A stretch of DNA of 64,000 nucleotides from Candidatus Aminicenantes bacterium (GTDB lineage: Bacteria; Acidobacteriota; Aminicenantia; Aminicenantales; Saccharicenantaceae). The position numbers and the translations under genes are program-made. The notes below the pieces were generated by a model. The model was not told the origin of the DNA. It was given only the letters and a program-made list of their open reading frames with translations, and searched no databases. Positions 47,337 through 55,306 of this stretch are shown here, in pieces. Position 1 is the first letter of the stretch, and each line of letters begins with the position of its first letter. Location of the stretch: contig CAWART010000020.1 of the NCBI GenBank assembly GCA_963784525.1, positions 23,844 to 87,843 on the forward strand, given 5' to 3'.

Positions 47337-47376
47337 TCGCAGTCCGAGCAGACCTTTCAAGCAAAGGGGGGAGCCT

Positions 47377-48156
47377 ATGGGCCGTCATTGGATGGGAAGG
47401 ACATTCGCGGCGTTCGCCGTCGTGGGGGCCATGTCGGGCCTCCTTCGGGCGCAGGAGAGCGCCCGGCCTTCGGACGAGCAGGTGAGGGAGCGGCTCTCCT
47501 ATATAGAAAGGGCCCTGAGCTCCGCCCGCCCGGCAGCCCGGACCTGGTGGTACGGGTGGCTCTCTGCGTACTCCGCGGGGACCGTCGCCCAATGGAGCCT
47601 CGCGGGCGCCCATTGGAACGACACCAAACCCGAGGACGGTTCTCCCGTCGCCCGGCGGGTCCGGGACCGGGGCTTCGCCGAGGATATGCTCGTGGGGGGC
47701 GCGACGACGGCCCTGGGACTCGGCGCCATGCTCGTCGATCCCTTCGTTCCTGCGTACGGCGGGAAGGCCCTAAAGCGCCTGCCGGATACGACGCCGGATG
47801 AGCGCCGGGTGAAGTTGCTCCGGGCCGAAGAGGTTCTCCGGCGGTGCGCCGCCCGGGAAAAGCGAGGGCGCGGTCTGACGACGCACCTCCTGAACCTCGG
47901 GGCGAATGCTGCGGCGGGGATCGTGACGGCGGCGGCCTTCCACAGGCCCTGGACCGACGGGCTCGTGACCTTCGCCGCGGGCGAGGCCGTTTCCCTCCTC
48001 AATATCTTCACCCAGCCGCGCCGTGCCGTCCGCGACCTGGAGGGATACGAGGCCCTGGTCCGGGGGGGCGGCGGCCCCGTGCCGTCCGCGCCGCCGGGGC
48101 GGGACCTCTACTTCAGCCTCTCTCCGCGGGGGATCAGCCTGGGCGTTCGTTTTTAG
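47377..48156 (+). CDS. hypothetical secreted/membrane protein
   Basis: ATG at 47377 after GGGGGGAG. Signal-like MGRHWMGRTFAAFAVVGAMSGLLRA. I recognise no family. The 3' end overlaps the convergent Fe-S gene by 23 nt. Confidence 0.55.
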   Translation: MGRHWMGRTFAAFAVVGAMSGLLRAQESARPSDEQVRERLSYIERALSSARPAARTWWYGWLSAYSAGTVAQWSLAGAHWNDTKPEDGSPVARRVRDRGFAEDMLVGGATTALGLGAMLVDPFVPAYGGKALKRLPDTTPDERRVKLLRAEEVLRRCAAREKRGRGLTTHLLNLGANAAAGIVTAAAFHRPWTDGLVTFAAGEAVSLLNIFTQPRRAVRDLEGYEALVRGGGGPVPSAPPGRDLYFSLSPRGISLGVRF

Positions 48157-50171
48157 CGAGGCTCTCGGCGACGATCTGGGCGATGTCCTTGACCTGGACA
48201 TCGCCGCGGTCCTTGTCCTTGAGCCCGTCCTTGAGCATGGACAGGCAGAACGGGCACGCGGCCACGGCGAGAGCCGCCCCGGAGGCGATGACCTCCTCGG
48301 TCCTCATGTGATTGATCCGCGTGCCGAGCGATTCCTCCGTCCACATGAGCCCGCCCCCCGCACCGCAGCAGAAGCTGTGCTCGCGGGAGTTCGACATTTC
48401 CTTCGGGCGGGCGCCGAGCGTCCGGGAGAGCAGTTCCCGCGGAGGCTCGAGGACATGGTTGTGGCGCCCCAAATAGCAGGGATCATGGAACGTGAAGAGG
48501 GGGCCGCCCGGGGCCCGAGGCTCGGGCTTGAGCGCGCCGCCCTCGACCAGCCGGGCGATGAGCTCGACGTGGGAGACGACCTCGATCGACGCGAGCGCGG
48601 CCTTTTCGTCGTCGTCGGCGCCGGGCATCCTGCCCGCAAGTCCCGGATAATCGTTCTTGAACGTGTTGTAGCCGTGCGGGCAAATGGTCACGATCTTCCG
48701 GACCCGGTGCTTCCGGAAGGTCTCCAGGTTTTCCAGGGCAAGGGTCTGGAATAAGTATTCGTTCCCCAGCCGGCGCGCCGAATCGCCGCAGCACTTCTCT
48801 TCGGTTCCGAGGACGGCGAACTCCGTCCCCGCGGCCTTGAGGAGCGCCGCAGTCGCCCGGGCGATCTTCTTCCCTTCGTCGTCGAACGAGCCCATGCAGC
48901 CGACCCAGAACAGGTATTCGGCGCCGGGCTTGTCCTTGAGCAGCGGCACGTCCAGCCCTTCCGCCCAATCGCCCCGCTTCGCGTGCCCGATGCCCCACGG
49001 ATTGGAGTTGGTCTCGATGTTCCGGAAGAAGGGCGTCAGCTCCGGCGGGAACTTGCTCTCCATGAGGACCCGGGCCTGCCGGAGCCCGACGATCTTCGGG
49101 ATGTGCTCGATCTCCACCGGACAGACGTGCATGCAGGCCCCGCACGTCGTGCAGGTCCAGGCCTCGCCCTCGGTGACGGTTCCCGGGACCAGGGGCTCCA
49201 GGCTGTCCGGCTGTCCGGAGACGAGGGCCGCGTCATTCCGGAGAAGGTGCTTTTCCAGGTTGACCATGATCATCTTCGGCGACAGCGGCTTGCCGGTCGC
49301 GAACGCCGGGCACGCGTCCTGGCACCGCCCGCACTCCATGCAGGCGAACGCGTCCAGGTTGTCCTTCCACGACAGGTCCGTCGCCCGTCCGAGTCCGAAG
49401 GTCTCCGAATTCTCGAGGTCGAGCGGGGCGAGCGCGCCGCTGGGCGCGTTGCGCCGGAAGAAGAGGTTGATCGGCCCGGTGAACATGTGAAGGTACTTGG
49501 AGTGCGGCACGTAAGCGATGAATCCGTAGACGAGGAGGATGTGCAGCCACCAGGAAAAATGGTAATGAGCGCCGGGCGCCGCGGCCCCGGCACCGATCCG
49601 GAAAAGGGGCGCGAGGGCCGGGCCGAGGAACGAGAGCCGGGCCGTCTCCGGATGGAAGGCCACGGCCGACGCTTCGAAATAGAGGTAGCTCACCGTGACC
49701 AGGACGATGAACCCGTAGATCACGGCGGAGTCTCCCGGCGTGGTCGCATAGGCCTTGGGCCGCACGATGAACCGCCGGACGGCGAAGAAGAGGACGCCGA
49801 CGAGGACCAGGATCGCGGCCGCGTCCACGAGGAACGAGACGGCGAGGCCGAGCCGGCCTCTCCCGAACAGATAGGATCCCGTCGAAGAATCCCTCGAGCG
49901 TGTGGTTGACGGTCATGACGTCGAAGGTGAGCGCCCCGTAGAAGATGAGAACGTGCATGAATCCTGTGAACAGGCGTTCGTTCTTCAGGGTGCAGCGCTG
50001 GAGGAGGACCTTGGACAGGGCCCGCACGGCCCTCTTCAGGATCTCGTCGAAGCGGAGCTCCGGCCTTCCGGCGCGGACGATCCGGAAGCGGCGGGCGAGG
50101 GGCGTGAGGAACGCCCAGGCCGTGGCCAGGACGACGAGCCCGAAAACGATCTTTTCCAGGGTCGGCAGCAT
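48134..50171 (-). CDS. membrane-anchored Fe-S oxidoreductase (HdrD/DsrK/GlpC-like: N-terminal polytopic domain, two 4Fe-4S ferredoxin motifs, two CCG domains), with an apparent frameshift near 49875..49890
   Basis: CMECGRCQDACP, CTTCGACMHVCP, EEKCCGDS and FCCGAGG in ORF 48134..49828. The N-terminal TM region MLPTLEKIVFGLVVLATAWAF... in ORF 49233..50171 joins as ...EGFFDG-YLFGRGRLGLAVSFLVDAAAILVLVG. Confidence 0.85.
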
Positions 50172-50184
50172 CGGACCTCCTCGA

Positions 50185-51003
50185 TCAGAACGGGACGGCG
50201 ATCCCCCAGACGAGCTTGTGGAAGCTTTGTTTCGCGCCGAGGGCGGTCGTTTCGAGGTCTGCCCAGAGGCTCCCGCCGAGGGAGAGTTCGAGCCAGGGGA
50301 CGACCTTCAGGCGGACGATCAGCTCTCCGGAGAAGGCCTGGCCCCGGGAGAAGGCGACGGCCGTTTGCATGCACGTCTGAAGATGGACGCTCAGGCCTTC
50401 ATCGGACCAGAGGCTCGCCCGAAGCCCGTATTCCTGGCGGAGGCGTTCGCCGGAAAGGTCCAGGCCGGCCCGCTGGTTGGAATGGTGGAAGAACCAGGTG
50501 AAGGGCTCGATATAGAAATGCCGCCCCTCGTAAGGAATGCCGATCCCGACGTAGTTGCGGTTCGTGTAATAGGGCTTCCCCCGCAGGACGCTCTGATGTT
50601 CGGAATCGTGGTCGCTGTCGTGACCGATGATGACGACGAGGTTCCGGAGCAGGGCCTGGCGGAGATGGAAGTGCCAGTCGAACTTCGTCCTTTGCGTGCC
50701 GTCGTCGTGGGTGACCAGCTGGGCCATCAGGGTCGTCGTCGGCGTGATGGGGAAATAATCCTGGAATCCCATGTTCCAGCGGTCGGTCGGGCCGCTGAGG
50801 TCGTTGTAGCTCGGGAACGTGGACGGGGCGAGGTAGTGGAAAAAGATGTCCCCGTGGAGGACGACCTTTCGGGAGACCGAAAGGGAGTTCCCGTTGAGCC
50901 CCGGGCGGTGGATGAAGATTTCGGTGGCCCGGGCGCTCCCGGCCGCGAGGGCCGCGAGGGCGGCCCAGAGCCCGATCCGCGCGACGGAGGACCTAGAAAT
51001 CAT
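50185..51003 (-). CDS. hypothetical outer-membrane beta-barrel protein
   Basis: 272-aa ORF. Signal peptide ...AALAALAAGSARA, His/Asp-rich segment GHDSDHDSEH, C-terminal ...LVWGIAVPF. 11-nt overlap with the upstream receptor gene. Confidence 0.6.
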   Translation of the reverse strand: MISRSSVARIGLWAALAALAAGSARATEIFIHRPGLNGNSLSVSRKVVLHGDIFFHYLAPSTFPSYNDLSGPTDRWNMGFQDYFPITPTTTLMAQLVTHDDGTQRTKFDWHFHLRQALLRNLVVIIGHDSDHDSEHQSVLRGKPYYTNRNYVGIGIPYEGRHFYIEPFTWFFHHSNQRAGLDLSGERLRQEYGLRASLWSDEGLSVHLQTCMQTAVAFSRGQAFSGELIVRLKVVPWLELSLGGSLWADLETTALGAKQSFHKLVWGIAVPF

Positions 51004-53746
51004 AGGACAACCCCAATCGGAAGGTCCTGGGCGACTGGATCTCCGTGGCGTAGCGCAGGGGGAACTCCGGCCGGGTGCGCGCGTCCTCTCCGGTCGCCAG
51101 GTGCTGGTTGAAGATGTTGTACCCGTCCAGGATGAGCCGGAGGATCCCGGGGCCCGCCGCGAACTCTTTCTGGACCCGGACGTCGTTGGTCATGTTGAAC
51201 TCGTAGCGGGAGACGCCTCGCGGATGGGCCATGACGAGGAACGGGCCCTGGCGGAAGCCGGTGACGGCGATCTCCCGGGCGAAAGGCTGGCCGTCGTAAT
51301 ATTTCAGGATATATCCGAGCCGGAAGCCCAGCGGGAGACGCAGGGCGAATCCGATACGGCCCGTATAGGCGCGATCGAACCGGAGCCGTCCCCGGGCGTT
51401 GACCAGCGTGTTCGGGTCGTCGTAGAGGGAGCCGACGACGCCGTCGTCGTTCTCGCGCGCCGTATTCCCCGGGCTCGTCGTGCCGACGCACTGCATGGCC
51501 GTGAGGGAGACGAAAAAGCCGAATCGGGACGACGTCCGTTTCGTCAGGACGAGATCCAGGCCTTCGTATCGGGAGTACCGTTCGTCCCCGCCGGGGTTCG
51601 TGAGGAGGGCGAAGTCCTGCCCCAGGGTCGCCGCGTCCTGCTCGAACAGCGTGAACGTCAGGTCGTCGTAGTTCCCGGGGACGCGGTCGTCGCCGATGTC
51701 CGTGATCGTGCGTGGCGAATAGGAGGCGAACGGGACGCCCGTGTTCAGGGTTTCGACAAGGTCCCGGGTCCTGCGAATGAATCCGGTCAGGCCGATGGTG
51801 AGATCCCTTTGGGTTCGATGCATGAGCCCGATCGAAAGCTCGTCGGTCCGGGGCCTCCTGATCTCCGGATCGATCGCGGCGTACAGCGGGCCCTCGCGGC
51901 GCACGAGGGCTCCGGCCTCGCCCGCCTCGAATGACCCGTCGCCGTTCCCATCGGTCCAGGCGTAGACAAGCCCGCCCGGAGCGTCCGGATTACCATAGGC
52001 CAGCCAGGAGAGGGGGAGACCGTGGTAGTAACGGCCGGCAAATATCCTGAGCGAGGTCTGCCCCGAACGGTTCAAGGGAAGCACGAAGCCGAGTCTCGGC
52101 GCGACATGGAGCCAGTCGATGGCCGATGCTCCCGCGCCGGCCCGAGCCCGGGTGTAAGAGGCATGGGCACCGAGCGAGACGGAGACGAGGTTCGGAAAGG
52201 TCAGGGTCTCCTGGATGAACGCCGCGCCCTCGAGGGACGTCTCGCGGTGTTGGGCCGGAGCGCTGAATCTGACGACCTCGTAGGGGACGCCGTTCAAGTA
52301 ACGCAGGAGGATATCCCCGGCGACGTCCGGTCGCGTGCTCGCGGATGCCCGACGGACCTCCGCGCCGTATTCGAACCGGTGGCTCGCCCGGCCGGTCATG
52401 ACCGCGAGGTCCCCGCGGATGAAGGCCGTCAGGAGCTCCCGGCGGCCGTTCCCGGCGGCGGATGACGGTCCGGAGATGCCGCCCGTCAGGTCTATCCCGG
52501 CCTGCCCGACGGCGCCTTCCTGGAGCCGGGAAGCGAGGTCCGCCCGGTTGAATCCGGCCCCGGCCGCTAGGACATGCCCCGGCGCGAGCCGGAACGCGCC
52601 CTCGACCTGCAGGATATTGGCCGTGTTCTTCCGGTCGAGGGTCGAGAGGAACGGCACCCGGCGCCCCGCGCCGGCCGCGGAATTCTTCGCGATCTGTCCG
52701 GTCCACAGGAACGACCAGGAGCTTCGCCCGGCCTCGTATCTCAGCCCCAGAAGTCCCGTGGTCACGTCCCCCCGGTCGTCCTCCGCGAACTCGGCCGGGT
52801 CCCGGACGATCCTGAGCGTCGAAAAGGACGTGATGAAGAAGAGCTTCCCGGGGACGACCGGCCCCGAAAGATCGAAATGGACGTTCTGAGAGCTCTTGAG
52901 CGTATCGGCTTCGAAGATGCCCTCTTTTTCGAGAGCGGGCGTGATGTTCGAGCCGACGAGCCTCCGGTCTCCGGTGAATACGGAGAACGAGCCTTCGAAC
53001 GAGTCCCCGCCCCCCTTCGTGACGAGATCGAGGGTCCCGCCCGGGGAGAGAATCCCGCCGGGTGGCCGGCGTTCTCGAGCCGGACCGTCCGGAAGCTGAA
53101 CAGGTCGGGGACGTAGAAGGGAAGGCCTCCGTCGTAGGGGTCCGTGACGCTCATCCCGTTGAGCCGGTACTCGTTCTGGGTCCACGACGTCCCGCCCCGG
53201 GCGCTGAAGAGGGCCGGAAGGTCCGACCTCATTCCGCCGACGTCGATACGGTCGGTCGTCGCCGACATATCCTGATTCTCGATGAGGGACCAGATCGACC
53301 CGCCCGAGGGGAGGAGCCTCATCTGGTCCGTATCGATCGTCGTCGCCGAGGCCGGTGATCCGGGATCGCGGGACAAGGAGACGATGACGAGCTCTTTCCG
53401 GGCGCCCGAAGAAAGAAGCGTCAGCCTGACCAGGACCGTCTCGAACGCCCCGACGTCGACGGGGCCCGCGGAGAGCGGACCTTCGCCGTCCCGCCGGCAG
53501 GAGATCATGGTAACGGCCCTGGGAAAGCCCGGCGATACCGAAGGCGCCGCGAGCGTTCGTCAGGGCCTCCGCGGTCCGAACGCCGTCCGGGGTCGAGAGG
53601 GTCATCCGGACGCCGGCGACGCCGCTCCCCTCCGGTCCGTGAACGGTTCCCCGGAGCGCGGCGAGGTTTCGGGCATCGGCGTCCCCGACCAGGGCGAGGC
53701 CCGACATCAGGAGAAGGGCGATTCCGAAGCGATCGAATTTCATCAT
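50993..53746 (-). CDS. TonB-dependent receptor-like outer-membrane protein with an N-terminal carboxypeptidase-regulatory-like domain (Oar-like); the interior carries a compensated frameshift pair
   Basis: Signal peptide MMKFDRFGIALLLMSGLALVG. LRGTVHGPEGSGVAGVRMTL...NARGAFGIAGLSQGRY (CarboxypepD_reg pattern). Plug-like segment in the alternative frame (ORF 52762..53508). Large barrel ending ...FRLGLSYDF. Confidence 0.8.
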   Translation of the reverse strand: MMKFDRFGIALLLMSGLALVGDADARNLAALRGTVHGPEGSGVAGVRMTLSTPDGVRTAEALTNARGAFGIAGLSQGRYHDLLPAGRRRSALRGPRRRRGVRDGPGQADASFFGRPERARHRLLVPRSRITGLGDDDRYGPDEAPPLGRVDLVPHRESGYVGDDRPYRRRRNEVGPSGPLQRPGRDVVDPERVPAQRDERHGPLRRRPSLLRPRPVQLPDGPARERRPPGGILSPGGTLDLVTKGGGDSFEGSFSVFTGDRRLVGSNITPALEKEGIFEADTLKSSQNVHFDLSGPVVPGKLFFITSFSTLRIVRDPAEFAEDDRGDVTTGLLGLRYEAGRSSWSFLWTGQIAKNSAAGAGRRVPFLSTLDRKNTANILQVEGAFRLAPGHVLAAGAGFNRADLASRLQEGAVGQAGIDLTGGISGPSSAAGNGRRELLTAFIRGDLAVMTGRASHRFEYGAEVRRASASTRPDVAGDILLRYLNGVPYEVVRFSAPAQHRETSLEGAAFIQETLTFPNLVSVSLGAHASYTRARAGAGASAIDWLHVAPRLGFVLPLNRSGQTSLRIFAGRYYHGLPLSWLAYGNPDAPGGLVYAWTDGNGDGSFEAGEAGALVRREGPLYAAIDPEIRRPRTDELSIGLMHRTQRDLTIGLTGFIRRTRDLVETLNTGVPFASYSPRTITDIGDDRVPGNYDDLTFTLFEQDAATLGQDFALLTNPGGDERYSRYEGLDLVLTKRTSSRFGFFVSLTAMQCVGTTSPGNTARENDDGVVGSLYDDPNTLVNARGRLRFDRAYTGRIGFALRLPLGFRLGYILKYYDGQPFAREIAVTGFRQGPFLVMAHPRGVSRYEFNMTNDVRVQKEFAAGPGILRLILDGYNIFNQHLATGEDARTRPEFPLRYATEIQSPRTFRLGLSYDF

Positions 53747-53815
53747 AAAGCTCACAATTCTTACTTGTTTGCTCCGGGGATGTCAAGGCCGCCGGGGGCC
53801 TCTCCGGCGCGCGGC

Positions 53816-53844
53816 TTAACATGCCGTTCCGGATGCGCTATAAT
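53816..53844 (+). promoter_or_regulatory. sigma70-type promoter for lpdA
   Basis: TTAACA (53816..53821), 17-nt spacer, TATAAT (53839..53844). AAGGAAGGA RBS before the ATG at 53888. Confidence 0.55.
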
Positions 53845-53887
53845 CCATCGGTCATCATCGAACCGACAGGAAACAAAGGAAGGACCG

Positions 53888-55283
53888 ATGGATAATAAAA
53901 AGGATATCGCGATCATCGGAGGCGGGCCGGGCGGCTATATGGCCGCCCTGCGGGCCGCTCAGCTGGGCAGGAAGGTCGTCCTGTTCGAAGAGGACAGGAT
54001 CGGCGGGACGTGCATGAATTACGGCTGTATCCCGACCAAGTACCTCCTCCATCAGACCAAGATCCTGAAAGAGGTCCGGGAAACGAGGACCGTCACCGGG
54101 GGCGGGCGTCGGCCTCGATTGGCCGGCCGTCCAGTCAGGACGCCAGTCGGTCGTGGACCGCCTTGTCCGCGGCATCGAATTCCTCCTGCAGAAGGGCGGG
54201 GTCGGAGATCGTCAAGGGGCGCGCCCGGCTCGAAGACGCCGGACGGATCGCCGTCGAAACGGCGGACGGGCCGAAAGCGTATCTATGCCGCCGCCGTCAT
54301 CCTCGCCACGGGAAGCCGGGCCGCGTCACTGCCCTTCCTGGCGCCGAACGGAGCGGAGGTCGTCACCAGCACCGAGGCGCTCGCGTTTCCGGAGGTCCCC
54401 AAGAGCCTCCTCGTCATCGGGGCCGGGGCCATCGGGCTCGAGATGGGGTCCATCTACCGGCGGCTGGGGACGGACGTCACCGTCCTGGAGATCCTGCCGG
54501 GCATCACCCCCGGGAGCGACAAGGAAACGGCCGCCCGGCTCGAGCGGACCCTGAAAAAGCAGGGCCTCAAGATCCTGACGCAGATGGGCATCGCGACGGC
54601 GGAGGTCGCGCCGGGGAAGGTGACCCTCAAGGGGACAGGGCTGAAGACCAACGCCCCGTTCGAATACACGGCCGACCGCGTGCTTCTGGCGGCCGGCCGC
54701 CGGCCCAATTCCGCCGGCCTTGCGCCGGACGGGCATGCTGACGCTCGGCCGGGGCGGCTTCGTCACGGTCAACGAGCGGCTCGAAACCGGGACTCCCGGC
54801 GTTTATGCCATCGGCGACCTCATCGGGGGCAAGCTCCTGGCCCACAAGGCTTATCATGACGCCATCGTCGCCGTGGAGAACGCCTGCGGCATGAATAGGA
54901 CCGTCGATTATCGGGCCCTCCCCATGGCCGTGTTCACCGACCCGGAGTTCGCCTCCGTCGGGCTGACCCAGGAAGAGGCGGACGCGAAGGGGATCAAGGT
55001 CCGGTCCGGCGTCTTCCCGCTCCAGGCCAGCGGCCGCGCGTTGACCATGGACAGCCTCGACGGCCTGGTCAAGGTCCTGGCCGACGAGAAGGACCGTATC
55101 ATCGGCGCCCACATCGTCGCCCCCGGCGCGAGCGAAATGATCCATGAGCTGGCGCTGGCCGTCTCCCGGGAGGCCACGCTCGGCGAGATCGGAGGGCTTA
55201 TCCATATCCACCCCACGCTCTCCGAGACCATCGGGGAGGCGGCCCTCAAGGCGAAGAACGAAGCGCTCCACATCCTGAATTGA
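53888..55283 (+). CDS. lpdA: dihydrolipoyl dehydrogenase, disrupted by four apparent +1 indels
   Basis: DIAIIGGGPGGYMAALRAAQLG...GGTCMNYGCIPTK (redox disulfide), ILATGS, LLVIGAGAIGLEMG, GVYAIGD, and the C-terminal HIHPTLSE dimerisation motif. The pieces lie in track ORFs 53282..54859, 54153..54554, 54010..54741 and 54720..55283. Confidence 0.9.
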
Positions 55284-55306
55284 CACACCCTTCCGCCGGG
55301 CATAAA

